Positions 43,852-54,308 of a DNA stretch of 64,000 bases are shown here, in pieces. The first letter of the stretch is position 1, and each line of letters begins with the position of its first letter. Both the position numbers and the translations under genes were made by a program. Below the pieces are notes generated by a model that saw nothing but the letters and a program-made list of their open reading frames with translations, had not been told where the DNA came from and searched no databases. Origin of the DNA: Acidobacteriota bacterium (lineage in GTDB: Bacteria > Acidobacteriota > UBA6911); assembly GCA_963664705.1 (NCBI GenBank), contig OY761556.1:3456001-3520000 (forward strand). The letters are read 5' to 3'.

Positions 43852-46800
43852 CTAGGAATGCGGTAAAGGCCTGGGGTCCAGCAGGCGATCCAGCAGTGAA
43901 GCCTCTCGACTCTCCATCTGAACCAGTATATGCGTCTCTCCGCCCTCGATGGCCGCCACTGGAACGCCATCGCGATAGACCACGCGATTCGCCGGGAGGG
44001 ACGGAATGCGCGGCCCCGGAGTCAATATGCCTGCCAGGTTCAGAGGATCGCATCCTGAGACGCGCAGAAACTGGCCCTGAACATCCTTCCGACGTAGCGC
44101 ACGAAGTGATTCCACGGCCTCCGGAAGGGCAAATTGCTCGCCATTCATGCCCGCAATAAATCGGCCTCCGCGGATTTCTCCCCGTGCCTCTGAACGGCGC
44201 AATACCGACAACAAGTCGCGCCACGGTGGAGCCGCGGATTCTCTTTGCAGGAGTTCTCTGCAAAAAACGCCGTAGCGCCGTATGAGCTGCTGCGCCCACA
44301 GTTCCAACCGGTTCGATGGAATTTCTCCCCTCATCTCCAACAAAGACCAGCGCCCCTCACGAGTTCGTCGCGGCGGGCGCCTGCGTCTTGGATGCTCCGT
44401 TCTTTTGGCTTCACCACTGACAAGAGATCTCAGTGCGGCAAACGAGTCCGCCGTGACAAGTCCGGCGGCTACCAACTGCCAGAGTCCCTCCTCGATCTCG
44501 GATGGAAGATGCTTTGCGCCCGCCATGATCTCCGGGAAAAAAGATGCTCCACGATCCCGCAAAAATCCCAAAATGTCCCGGGAAACGGCAGAGAGGGCCG
44601 ATTCATCCGCAGGGACACCATCCAGAAGCCATGGCATGTCTTCGCGCAGTCCCAAACCGATCGGAGCGCTACGGGTCAGGCCCGGCCGGCGCGCAGGGTT
44701 TTCCGCCTGCGTGGCCCGTCGCCGCCATCTTCCCCAAGCCACATCGCCGCCAAGACACAGGCTGTCCAACCAGGAGGGGTCATATTCCTGCATTCTTGTG
44801 CGCAGAATATCGGATTCCCAGCCAGCGGCAGCCGTTTCAAATCCCTGCAGCTGTTCAATAATTTCCAGGACTCCGTGTACCCCTTCCAGCCGCGATTCCG
44901 GCATGCCATGCTGCCATTCGAAAAGAAACCGAAGGAAAGCGGCCGCCGGAACGGGTTCTATCTCTCTTCGAAGGTGGGCAATGGTTGCACGATGAATCCG
45001 CGCCAGGATACGTCGATCGCAGAACTCCGCTTCCAGCCGCTCCTGAAAATGGCCTTGCAGAACCAGGCCTTCGCCTTCAAGCGTGGCCAATGCAGTCCTG
45101 ATGTCGCCCGCCGTAAATCCGAGAAGGTGGCTTAAATCCGATACGGTGACGGGACCGCTGACTTCAATCCATCCCCTGACGATTGGAACCAGATGGTTTT
45201 CATGGTAGTCCCCACGCATCACCGCTTCGACGAGATCCCGCGATTCCATCGCAGCCCAGTAATACCTGTGGCCCGCCGAAAAGCGAATAGCACGCCCTTC
45301 GCGGACAAGCAGCGAAAGCCATGAAGAGGCCTCTGCAGGCAGCCGGTTCCGTTCATCCTCCGGAAAGATGATGAGCCCCAATAATGCGTCATGAAGCTCG
45401 TTGGCATCTCTAACCGCGGGCCAGGCATCCTCTGCCGCACTCCGGATAGCATCCGGATTCAGCTTCCCCAGATCATCCGCTCTTTCCGGCAGAGCCCTGC
45501 GCAGGATAACAGCGCGCGCTCGACGTTCCTCGAGCGGTGCATCATCCAGGAAAGCGTAGGGCATGGCATTCAGGATCTGGTGCGAAAACACGGAAGGCAT
45601 GGGAGTGTCCCGGCCAGAAAACTGAATCTCACCTTTTTCCATTTTCTCCAGGACGTCCCGCAACCCTTCAATATCCATCGCCTCGATCAGGCAGTCGCGC
45701 AGCGTTTCAAACACCAGGGGATGATCCGGCACTTCCACATCCGGAGCCGTCCGGTTGTCCTGGCACTCTGCCTGGGCTGGGAATATAGCGGCTAGCAAAT
45801 CTTCCGAGCGCATCCGCTGGATAGGGGCCGGTATTTTTTTGCCGCCCGAAAAGCGCAGCAGAGCAAGCGATCGCGTCAGAGTCCAACGCCAGCGCGTCAC
45901 AAATACGGGTGAAGCCAGCACCGCCTGAATCAGAGTTTCATCCAGTTTCTGCGCCCTGAGAAAAACAAAAAGATCATTGATGGGGAAAGAATGCTGCGGG
46001 CCAAGCGAAAGGTTGATGCCGTCATCCGTCGCAGATGCCTGCAGCTCGAAATTAAAGCTGCGGCAGAATCGCTTGCGTAAAGCCAGTCCCCACGCTTTGT
46101 TGATCCTTGATCCAAATGGCGCATGCAGGACGAGCTGCATGCCGCCAGCCTCGTCAAAGAAGCGTTCCGCAACAATGTGGGTCTGGGTCGGTACCATCCC
46201 CAACACACGCTTCCCTTCCGCGATGTATTCATATGCCTGTTCAGCCGCATATACCGACAATCCAACTTCCTTTACCAGCCAGTCCACACATTCTTCCCGA
46301 TCGGACAGGCGCTGCGCGATTCCTTCCCTTACACTGGACACCAATTGCGACAATTCACGGCTTCTTCCGGGAGCTTCACCGATCCAGAACGGAACATTGG
46401 GAGCCTGGCCCTGCGCATCTTCCACGCAAACCCGCCCCTTCTCCACGCGACGGATGCGCCAGGACGTATTGCCAAGTAGAAAAACATCGCCGCCTACACT
46501 CTCAACGGCAAAGTCCTCCATCACGCTTCCGACATAAGTTCCGTCCGGCTCGGCGATCACATCATAATCGGCATTGTCGGGAATGGCGCCGCCGCTGGTG
46601 ATGGCAGCAATCCGGGCACCGCGGCGTCCCGATACGGTGTCATGAATTCCATCGTAATGCAGATAAGCGGACCTTCTCCCCAGTCGCGTGGCGATTCCAG
46701 CGGATAACATCTTCACAATCCTGTCAAAATCGGCACGCTGCAAATCTTTGTAGGAATATGCACCGCGGATTGTCTGGTACAGCTCATCGATTTTCCAATC

Positions 46801-48081
46801 CTCCGCGGCACACATGGCAACAACCTGCTGGGAAAGCACATCCAGCGGCCAAGGCGGAATCGAGAGTCTGTCCAGTTCCCCCTTTCGAACAGCATAGACA
46901 AGCGCGGCGCACTCAATCAGTTCATCTCGAGTCAGAGGGAATATGCGCCCCTTAGGCAAGACATTCCGTGAATGACCGGACCTCCCGACGCGCTGCAGGA
47001 GCACTCCGATAGACCTTGGGGAGCCGAGCTGACATACCAGGTCGATGGCACCGATATCTATTCCCAATTCCAGTGAGGATGTTGCCACGCAGACGCGGAC
47101 TTCCCCGCGCTTCAACAGTTCTTCTGCTTTTAATCTGGTTTTGCGCGACAGGCTGCCATGGTGCGCCACCAGGTTCTCTTCGCCGATCTTTTGGGACAAC
47201 TGGTGGGACACGCGCTCCACCAGCCGTCGCGTATTGACAAAAACCAGCGTGGTCTGATGCCCGCGGATAAGATCCGCAACCCTTGTCAACGTTTCATTCC
47301 ACAACTCGTGAGTTGCAATCGGCCCGAGTTCGCCTTCCGGCATCTCGAGCTGCAGATCCATCGGTCGGAGATGCCCGGCATTCACAATGGTGCAGCGGGG
47401 ACGGCCCTCGGAATCCAGCTCCCCGGTCCCGACAAGAAAACGCGCGGCGTCTTCAATGGGCCGAAGCGTTGCACTCAATCCGATTCTTGTTACGGGCTCC
47501 CCAGCCAAACGGCATAAACGCTCCACGGATAGCGAAAGATGCGCCCCCCGTTTGCTGCCGGCAATGGAATGTATTTCATCCAGAATGATCGTACGCACTC
47601 CGGAAAGACCGCGCCTCCCGCTCTCGGACGTAAGGAGGATATAGAGGCTCTCAGGCGTTGTGATCCAGATGTGTGGAGGCTTCCGCGCCGTCATCTGACG
47701 CTCATAGGCAGGCGTATCTCCCGTTCGCAGGGCGATTCGTATTTCCGGCACTTTCAGCCCCTCGGCCTTTGCCCTCTCGGAAATTCCCTGCAGCGGGACG
47801 GAAAGGTTTTTATGCACATCGTTTGAAAGCGCCTTCAGGGGAGAGACATACACGACCTGCGCGGAATTGGTCAGTTCTCCACGAATCGCCGCCTGGAACA
47901 GGCGATCAATGCACAGCAGAAATGCGGCCAGCGTTTTCCCGGACCCGGTGGGTGCCGAGATGAGCGTATTCCGGTTCTCCGCTATCGCGGGCCAGCCCAG
48001 AGTCTGGGCCTCAGTCGGCGTCGCAAATCGATCTTCAAACCAGCTCCGGACAACCGGATGGAACGAGGATAAGGGATTCAT
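43852..48081 (-). CDS. lhr: Large helicase-related (Lhr) DEAD/H helicase
   Basis: APTGSGKT, SPLKALSND, TTPESL, DEIH, HHGSLS, SSLELGIDIG, QRVGRSGH; long C-terminal winged-helix region (RGGRF...GEQFALP). Confidence 0.92.
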   Translation of the reverse strand: MNPLSSFHPVVRSWFEDRFATPTEAQTLGWPAIAENRNTLISAPTGSGKTLAAFLLCIDRLFQAAIRGELTNSAQVVYVSPLKALSNDVHKNLSVPLQGISERAKAEGLKVPEIRIALRTGDTPAYERQMTARKPPHIWITTPESLYILLTSESGRRGLSGVRTIILDEIHSIAGSKRGAHLSLSVERLCRLAGEPVTRIGLSATLRPIEDAARFLVGTGELDSEGRPRCTIVNAGHLRPMDLQLEMPEGELGPIATHELWNETLTRVADLIRGHQTTLVFVNTRRLVERVSHQLSQKIGEENLVAHHGSLSRKTRLKAEELLKRGEVRVCVATSSLELGIDIGAIDLVCQLGSPRSIGVLLQRVGRSGHSRNVLPKGRIFPLTRDELIECAALVYAVRKGELDRLSIPPWPLDVLSQQVVAMCAAEDWKIDELYQTIRGAYSYKDLQRADFDRIVKMLSAGIATRLGRRSAYLHYDGIHDTVSGRRGARIAAITSGGAIPDNADYDVIAEPDGTYVGSVMEDFAVESVGGDVFLLGNTSWRIRRVEKGRVCVEDAQGQAPNVPFWIGEAPGRSRELSQLVSSVREGIAQRLSDREECVDWLVKEVGLSVYAAEQAYEYIAEGKRVLGMVPTQTHIVAERFFDEAGGMQLVLHAPFGSRINKAWGLALRKRFCRSFNFELQASATDDGINLSLGPQHSFPINDLFVFLRAQKLDETLIQAVLASPVFVTRWRWTLTRSLALLRFSGGKKIPAPIQRMRSEDLLAAIFPAQAECQDNRTAPDVEVPDHPLVFETLRDCLIEAMDIEGLRDVLEKMEKGEIQFSGRDTPMPSVFSHQILNAMPYAFLDDAPLEERRARAVILRRALPERADDLGKLNPDAIRSAAEDAWPAVRDANELHDALLGLIIFPEDERNRLPAEASSWLSLLVREGRAIRFSAGHRYYWAAMESRDLVEAVMRGDYHENHLVPIVRGWIEVSGPVTVSDLSHLLGFTAGDIRTALATLEGEGLVLQGHFQERLEAEFCDRRILARIHRATIAHLRREIEPVPAAAFLRFLFEWQHGMPESRLEGVHGVLEIIEQLQGFETAAAGWESDILRTRMQEYDPSWLDSLCLGGDVAWGRWRRRATQAENPARRPGLTRSAPIGLGLREDMPWLLDGVPADESALSAVSRDILGFLRDRGASFFPEIMAGAKHLPSEIEEGLWQLVAAGLVTADSFAALRSLVSGEAKRTEHPRRRRPPRRTREGRWSLLEMRGEIPSNRLELWAQQLIRRYGVFCRELLQRESAAPPWRDLLSVLRRSEARGEIRGGRFIAGMNGEQFALPEAVESLRALRRKDVQGQFLRVSGCDPLNLAGILTPGPRIPSLPANRVVYRDGVPVAAIEGGETHILVQMESREASLLDRLLDPRPLPHS

Positions 48082-48085
48082 GGTA

Positions 48086-48715
48086 TTAACGGTCGGGATA
48101 CAATGACCATTGTCCGTTTATGATTGCGTAAATGACGGATGGAATAAACACGGCGGCCTCCTGCTCGACCGCCTGTATCTCATAGTAATCGAGCCTCAGA
48201 TTATTCTGCATTTCCTCGGAAACACCCTGGCGGAAATTCTGTTCGCACCAGTCGCTGAAGAGGCCGTCATGCGAGTCCACCATTGGAATGCCTTCAAGGC
48301 GGCACGTAATTGGTCGAAATTCATAAATGAGGCATGCATTGCCGGTATCCAGAAATGGGCAGGGCACGCTGCCGACGAAATCCGCAATCGCATCGATTCT
48401 TTCCGGCGCCAGTCCGTCGAGGAAAAAGGGTGGCGGCAGATCCGGTTGCGATTTTGTCAGTATGGCCTGTATAGCTGATGCTCGTTCCGCAATAGTGTCC
48501 TTTGTCTCCGCGGAAAGAGCCGCAAATCCCTTGGCTATGCGTAATGCATCATAAATGGAAATATCAAAGAGTCCGTGACAGCACTGCGCACATCCCTGCC
48601 CGCAGCGCATGTGTGCGGCATAACGGGCGTGAATTGCGTGAGACCACGCATCAAGCCGTTCGACGAGTTCATCATGCCGCCGTATCATTTCTTCCGATAT
48701 CTTCACTTTAAGCAT
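48086..48715 (-). CDS. YkgJ family (CxxCxxCC) cysteine-cluster protein
   Basis: CGQGCAQCC, CPFLD...CLIYEFRPITCR; start taken at MLKVKI. Confidence 0.85.
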   Translation of the reverse strand: MLKVKISEEMIRRHDELVERLDAWSHAIHARYAAHMRCGQGCAQCCHGLFDISIYDALRIAKGFAALSAETKDTIAERASAIQAILTKSQPDLPPPFFLDGLAPERIDAIADFVGSVPCPFLDTGNACLIYEFRPITCRLEGIPMVDSHDGLFSDWCEQNFRQGVSEEMQNNLRLDYYEIQAVEQEAAVFIPSVIYAIINGQWSLYPDR

Positions 48716-48735
48716 CCGATCACCGGGACATGCGC

Positions 48736-49569
48736 CTAGTTCCCCATTATGGCCAACACATCCGCAGGTTTCCACTGGTTGCCCTGGTACAATTGCGCAA
48801 TCTTCCCCTCCGGCGTGATCAGCGCCGTCACCAGGGAGTGAACGATCTGTCCGGATTCAGGCCGATACTGAAGTCCAAAATAGCCGGTTATCTTCTTTAT
48901 CTCCTCCGGGGATCCAGTCGCAAATCCCCAGTCCTTGAAATTGGTGGGGTGCATATAGCGCGCCGCATATTCACGCAAGACCGCCGGAGTGTCATTCTCG
49001 GTGTCAAAACTGATGGTCAAAAGCACCGGTTTCTGATCCGATTGGGGTTTGGATCTCAGTGCCTGGTATATTTCGGAAAAATTTTTGCTTGTTCTCGGGC
49101 AATAGTCCGGGAGCGGGCATCGCGTATAGATGAATGTAAGGAGAAGAGGGCGACCACGGAATTGATGGAGTTGAATACGCCGATCGTCCTGGTTTAGGAG
49201 AGTGAAATCAGGGACCTCCTCTCCAGCCTTGGGTCCGGGGCCCGCCGATTCCGGACTACCCTGATCTGATTTGCTTATGTTGAGGATTTCCAGCCACGAT
49301 TCATCGCCGCGCACCACCAGCGTTCCATCAACCGCCTGGCCCGGAGCCAAAGCATTGATAGCCCAATCTTCATGAATATTGAATGGCATTGTCATGGCAT
49401 CCATGAAGCCTTGTATCTTTTCATGCGCGATCGTTGCCTGTCGATGCTCTCTGTCAACGCTGACCACCTTTCCCTTCAGGGGATAACGATGCTCCGGCGC
49501 GTTTCTGCAGCCGGTCAGGAAAACAGTAATCGTGAATAGGACAAGCGCCATGCGATGCCATCGCCACAT
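48736..49569 (-). CDS. SCO1/SenC lipoprotein with N-terminal CusF-like copper-binding domain
   Basis: Lipobox LTGC, HEKIQGFMDAMTMPF, FIYTRCPLPDYCP, DTENDTP, HS. Confidence 0.88.
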   Translation of the reverse strand: MWRWHRMALVLFTITVFLTGCRNAPEHRYPLKGKVVSVDREHRQATIAHEKIQGFMDAMTMPFNIHEDWAINALAPGQAVDGTLVVRGDESWLEILNISKSDQGSPESAGPGPKAGEEVPDFTLLNQDDRRIQLHQFRGRPLLLTFIYTRCPLPDYCPRTSKNFSEIYQALRSKPQSDQKPVLLTISFDTENDTPAVLREYAARYMHPTNFKDWGFATGSPEEIKKITGYFGLQYRPESGQIVHSLVTALITPEGKIAQLYQGNQWKPADVLAIMGN

Positions 49570-49722
49570 AAACACCTCCACAGATGGATTCATTGGGTAT
49601 TCGTCTTATACGAGCCTATTTTACCCGGAATATCGAGTGATGTCTCCAGGGTTGCAGGACTGCCTTCGCGGAATGTGGGGCGGGTAGGATACAGTTCTGA
49701 ATCAAAGTACTACGGAACAGCG

Positions 49723-49759
49723 GCGCAAAAGCCCCCATTGGGATAGGAGGCCTTTGCGC
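49723..49759 (-). terminator. Hairpin after the HlyD gene
   Basis: gcgcaaaagcc / ggcctttgcgc inverted repeat. Confidence 0.5.
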
Positions 49760-49770
49760 ATTCAGATCTT

Positions 49771-51084
49771 TTACTTTTTTGCCTTTGCCTGGTCTTCTTC
49801 TGTGTAAACGGTAGCGATCACGGAAAGCCCCGGCATTAAGGGGTGCGTCTCGTCCTCGCCTCTCTCGATCAGGATTTTAACCGGCACACGCTGCACCACT
49901 TTGACAAAGTTGCCCGTCGCATTCTCCGGAGGAAGCAGGCTAAACCTGGCACCCGTCGCGGCAGCAATGCTGTCGACATGCCCTTCATATTTGCGGCCAC
50001 CGTAGGCATCCACCGTGATGGAGGCTTTTTGTCCCTGGCGCATATATTTCAATTGATTCTCTTTGTAGTTGGCCGTTACCCAAACATTGTGGAGCGGCAC
50101 CAGTGCCAGCAATGATTGACCGACCTGGATGTACTGGCCCAATTCAACGCGTCTCTGGCTCACAATACCGTCAATGGGCGCCTTCACCTGCGTGTATTGA
50201 AGGTTCAATTCGGCCTGTTGCAGAGAGGCCTCAGCCAGTTTGACTCTGGCCTGGGCCGTCTGGACAGCGGACCGGCTGATCGCAATCTGTTGCGGTGCCG
50301 TTTGCGTAGCCTGGAGATTGGCTTTTGCCTCCTTTATCCTGGCCTCCGCCTGCGCCACACGAGCCTGCGCGGTGGCAATAGCTTTGACCGTTTCCTCCAC
50401 TCCAGCCTGTGCCGAATCACGCGATGCGCGAGTTGCATCCGCCTGGGCAACGGCTGCATCGTATTGCTGCCGGGATATCTCATCTTTGTCGATCAACTGC
50501 TTCATTCTCTGCAGATCCTGCGTTGCTTTGATATAGTTCGCTTCCATCTCACGAACTCGCGCCTGAACCGAATCGAGTCTGGCTTTCGCCGTATCGACAT
50601 CCTTCAACGCAACAGCCCTTGCCTGTTCCGCTTGTTCGACTCCCGCACCGGCCAGGTTTGTCTGACTAGAGGTTGTGGTGGATATCATGGGCACCTGGGT
50701 TTGTGCCGAGACCAGGACCGACTGGGCTGCGGCCAGTTCAGCCTTTGCTCGCTCGAGCGCGACCTGGTAGTCCGTGGGATCAATCTGAATCAGAACCGTC
50801 CCCGCTTTCACGAATTGATTATCTTCAACGCTGATAGCAGTAACATGGCCCATGGCTTTGGCCGCGATCGGGTTGATATGCCCGTCAATCTGCGCGTCAT
50901 CCGTCGTTTCGCGATTTGCAAAATAATTTTCGTAAATCCAGTAGCCGGCACCTAAAAGAATCAAGGGGATCAATATAAGAAGAAAACGTTTCGATGTTCT
51001 TGGTTGCTGCCCGGCTTTGGAATCACGCGAATTGCTTTTCTCTTCCGTTCCCGTGTTTTCCTTCTCCATCAGTTCTCGGTTCAT
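49771..51084 (-). CDS. HlyD/EmrA-family membrane fusion protein
   Basis: TM helix, TDDAQIDG, coiled coil, WVTANYKE, FSLLPPENATGNFVKVVQRVPV. Confidence 0.94.
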   Translation of the reverse strand: MNRELMEKENTGTEEKSNSRDSKAGQQPRTSKRFLLILIPLILLGAGYWIYENYFANRETTDDAQIDGHINPIAAKAMGHVTAISVEDNQFVKAGTVLIQIDPTDYQVALERAKAELAAAQSVLVSAQTQVPMISTTTSSQTNLAGAGVEQAEQARAVALKDVDTAKARLDSVQARVREMEANYIKATQDLQRMKQLIDKDEISRQQYDAAVAQADATRASRDSAQAGVEETVKAIATAQARVAQAEARIKEAKANLQATQTAPQQIAISRSAVQTAQARVKLAEASLQQAELNLQYTQVKAPIDGIVSQRRVELGQYIQVGQSLLALVPLHNVWVTANYKENQLKYMRQGQKASITVDAYGGRKYEGHVDSIAAATGARFSLLPPENATGNFVKVVQRVPVKILIERGEDETHPLMPGLSVIATVYTEEDQAKAKK

Positions 51085-51089
51085 TGATT

Positions 51090-52556
51090 TTACTTTCCTC
51101 TCAGGAACTGTTCGTATTCAGTATCGGAAATGCCAATAGCTCTTGCCAACGCCAGTTTGGCTGCACTATGAGCCTGGAGACTGGCGATATAATTTTCGCT
51201 GGCAGTCGCGAGCGCTTCCTGAGCCTGTACCACCTCGACGTTATTCGTTACTCCCGCACGAAATCGGTCCTGCGATTGCAGGACCTGTTCATCGGCCAGT
51301 TTGATTGCGCTTTGCGCAACCTGGACACGGTCCGCGGCCGCCTTTAGATCCAGAAAAGCCGTCTGGATGCTGTAGTAGATTCTGCCGCGCAGATCCTCCA
51401 ATTCGGCCTGGCGCTGCCGCAATTGGGCTTCCGCCTGCCACTCAACCGCCTGAATGTTTCCACCTTGGAAGATCGGAATTCGCAGCACGCTGGCTATTGA
51501 AAACGTTCCATGGGAATCCCAGGGCCTTTGCCCGATGATGCCATAGTCGGCACTGAAGCCTACCGTAGGATAGCGACGTGCCCTGGCGGACTTGCGATCC
51601 AGTTCCGCGGATTTCAATTTTGCCTGCGCGCCCTGATAATCCGGCCGTTCTTTATAGGCGCGTTGTACGGCTTCGTCCAGCGTCATTCCGGGAATTGGCA
51701 CATAGGACATACCATCGGTCAGAGTGAACTCCTGGCCGAGCGGCAGGCCGATGGCACGCGCCAGCGCCAGTTTGTCTTTCGCGGCTATGTCCTCCGCCAC
51801 AATGAGCCTCTGCTGCTGAGCCTGAAGCTCGACCTGGGCGCGCAGCACCTCAATTCCCGGCACCACACCGGCCGCCTTCTGATCCATGGCAAGCCGATGA
51901 AGGACGTCGGCCGTCTTAACCTGAGCACGCGTCGCTTCAATCCTGCTGCTGTCCGCAATGGCCTGCAGGTAAAGGTTGGCAACCACATAAACAATGAGAT
52001 CCCGTGTATCCATTTTGGAGAGTTGAGCGGCTCTGAGATTCTCATTTTCCGCGCGATAACGATTCAAGGCCGAAAAATCGAGAACCGTCTGGCTGACGGA
52101 GGCCCTGATATCAAAAACATTAAAGGGGCCCACAACCGTTTTGGATCCGGGAAACCCGGAGAATCCGTATGCTTCGAGATTGACCTGCTGCTGGGATTCG
52201 GTCAGACCGGCACTCACCTGGGGCAAGAGGCGGCTGAGCGCGATCCGGCGCGCCGCACCCGTGGCGCGAACTTTCTCATCGCTCAACACCGCGCCAAGAT
52301 TGTAGTTCAAACCTCTCTTCACCGCCTCCGACAAGGAAATCGGAATGACCCCTCCAGTGGGTTTCCCGGTTGGAATGCCTCCCAGCAAAGGATTTTGCAT
52401 GTCGCCGACATCGGCGGCAGACATGGCCGAAGCTGCGCCAGCCTGACTTGAAGCGGACGAATACTCTGACCCGGCCGCGGATTGTCCAGGCCTCTGCGCC
52501 AGGGCGGACACCCCAAACAACAGAATTGTGACCGGAATGCTGAGAAAACGTTTCAT
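51090..52556 (-). CDS. TolC-family outer membrane efflux protein
   Basis: Signal peptide (MKRFL...SALA), two OEP repeats, IPIFQGG, RFRAGV...EV.QAQ. Confidence 0.9.
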   Translation of the reverse strand: MKRFLSIPVTILLFGVSALAQRPGQSAAGSEYSSASSQAGAASAMSAADVGDMQNPLLGGIPTGKPTGGVIPISLSEAVKRGLNYNLGAVLSDEKVRATGAARRIALSRLLPQVSAGLTESQQQVNLEAYGFSGFPGSKTVVGPFNVFDIRASVSQTVLDFSALNRYRAENENLRAAQLSKMDTRDLIVYVVANLYLQAIADSSRIEATRAQVKTADVLHRLAMDQKAAGVVPGIEVLRAQVELQAQQQRLIVAEDIAAKDKLALARAIGLPLGQEFTLTDGMSYVPIPGMTLDEAVQRAYKERPDYQGAQAKLKSAELDRKSARARRYPTVGFSADYGIIGQRPWDSHGTFSIASVLRIPIFQGGNIQAVEWQAEAQLRQRQAELEDLRGRIYYSIQTAFLDLKAAADRVQVAQSAIKLADEQVLQSQDRFRAGVTNNVEVVQAQEALATASENYIASLQAHSAAKLALARAIGISDTEYEQFLRGK

Positions 52557-52835
52557 TGCATTTCCTTTCCAGGTAATGTCACATGGGAAGCCTGCGCAAC
52601 ATCGAAGAAGTGTAAAATTGGCAAGCAAAATCCGGAAGACGTCCTATAATCGCAGTATCAGCGAAACCTATTCAATACCCGTTCATTACGCAAACAACTC
52701 GTACTAAAGCTATTCTGCACAAACGTTTTATGCTGACATACCCGGCTCCGGCAGTCAACGGATTTGCAGAACCGGAGCATAGTCGGAACAGATGGTCAAC
52801 CCGAAGCGTCGAAATCTGAAATCCGAATCCGCGAT

Positions 52836-52859
52836 ATAGATACATACATATATACCTAT
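52836..52859 (+). repeat. ATACNTAT tandem array, site A
   Basis: ATAGATAC ATACATAT ATACCTAT in the tolC/xdhC divergent gap. Confidence 0.75.
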
Positions 52860-53040
52860 CCGGCATAAAAGGAAGCATTGTCGGGCTGCGGGCTATGGAA
52901 CACACATTCACCAAGTTTTTTCGCTGGCTCAATGAGTTCGGATCATGTATTGATTATGGTTCTCTTGCAGGGGAATACGCGGGCACAAGATCCTCCGCAG
53001 GGCTTTGTTTAGGGAAAACTGAGTCAAAGGAAGATTGGAA

Positions 53041-54129
53041 ATGTATCGTCAAGTAAAGCAGCTCTTGGAAGAAAATGAAACTCTGGCCGTTGCAACGATA
53101 GTTTCAACACTAGGCTCAACTCCCAGGGGAGTGGGAGCAAAAATGGTTGTCACCACCTCCGGAGAAATTCTGGGAACCGTCGGCGGAGGATGCGGAGAAG
53201 CGGAGGTAGTTCGCAAAGCGGTTGAGGTCATCCGTTCGCGTGAAACGGCGCTGGTTACCGTCGAACTCATGGATGATATCGAATCCAACAGCCCCGCGGT
53301 GTGCGGCGGAGTCATGAGTGTATTCGTGGATCCGTGGTGGCAGGAGCCGGGCAACCGGGTCTCGGTAAAATTAGCCGGCGAGATGGTGGAGGTGCAGGAG
53401 CAAGGCACGGAAGCGGTCATCGCCACGGTCATTGGGGTGGAAGGCCTGCAGGATGTGATGCTCGGACAGAAGTGCATGATTCGCGGTGGTGTTCCCTGCG
53501 GTGGCAGCATCTCCAACCAGGAACTGATCGAAGCCATTCTCAAAGAAGCAGAGATTCGACTGAAGAAAGAGGATTGCCGTCGCGTACCGCTGGATCTGAG
53601 CGGCGGCAAGGCAGAGGTATTTTTTGACGTCATCCCGGCAACTCAAAAAGCCGTGATCGTCGGAGCCGGACATCTCGCCATTCCCCTGGCAAAGTTTGCC
53701 AAAATCCTTGGATTCCACACCACGGTGATTGACGACCGGGTCATCTATGCCAACCGGGAGCGCTTCCCGGACGTTGAAGAAGTTCTGGCCGGGGATATGG
53801 CAGAAACCCTGCGAGGGATCGAAATCACGCCGCATACCTACATTGTACTGATCACGCGTGGTCATCAATACGATGAACCCTGTCTTCGGGAGGTCATACA
53901 CAGCCAGGCAAAATATATCGGCATGATCGGCAGCCGGCGACGCATCAAAGCCTGCTTCATCCGATTCAGGGATGAGGATAAAATCCCGGAAGAACTGCTG
54001 AAGCGGGTGCACGCCCCTATTGGACTCGATATCAAAGCGGAATCGCCGGAAGAGATCGCGTTGTCGATCATCGCGGAAATGGTCAAGGCGCGCAGAGGCG
54101 GAACGGGACAATCGCTCGCAGGATTCTAG
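53041..54129 (+). CDS. xdhC: XdhC/CoxI-family molybdenum hydroxylase accessory protein
   Basis: GSTPR..GAKM, GTVGGGCGE, CGG, GAGH, TRGHQYD, YIGMIGSRRR, HAPIGLDI.AESPEEIA. Confidence 0.9.
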   Translation: MYRQVKQLLEENETLAVATIVSTLGSTPRGVGAKMVVTTSGEILGTVGGGCGEAEVVRKAVEVIRSRETALVTVELMDDIESNSPAVCGGVMSVFVDPWWQEPGNRVSVKLAGEMVEVQEQGTEAVIATVIGVEGLQDVMLGQKCMIRGGVPCGGSISNQELIEAILKEAEIRLKKEDCRRVPLDLSGGKAEVFFDVIPATQKAVIVGAGHLAIPLAKFAKILGFHTTVIDDRVIYANRERFPDVEEVLAGDMAETLRGIEITPHTYIVLITRGHQYDEPCLREVIHSQAKYIGMIGSRRRIKACFIRFRDEDKIPEELLKRVHAPIGLDIKAESPEEIALSIIAEMVKARRGGTGQSLAGF

Positions 54130-54308
54130 AGTAGTAAGTCAGAAGTCCTTTGCCTTTTGGAATTCCTGTTTTAGCGCCGGAGGCCTGCGGCATTTAGCTT
54201 CCAATACCGGTCTTATATAAAGATCGGGTGGACGCGCCGCACTGGAGGCATATCCTGATCCCCGAACATGCTCCCAGGCGCAGGCCGTCGGAAGAGAGAA
54301 CGCTCACA

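Noticed and set aside
43834-43870. Sec readthrough or frameshift restoring an HTH on the short response regulator
   Set aside because: The reading frame closes again after 9 codons and runs into the lhr 3' end; no SECIS or HTH sequence.
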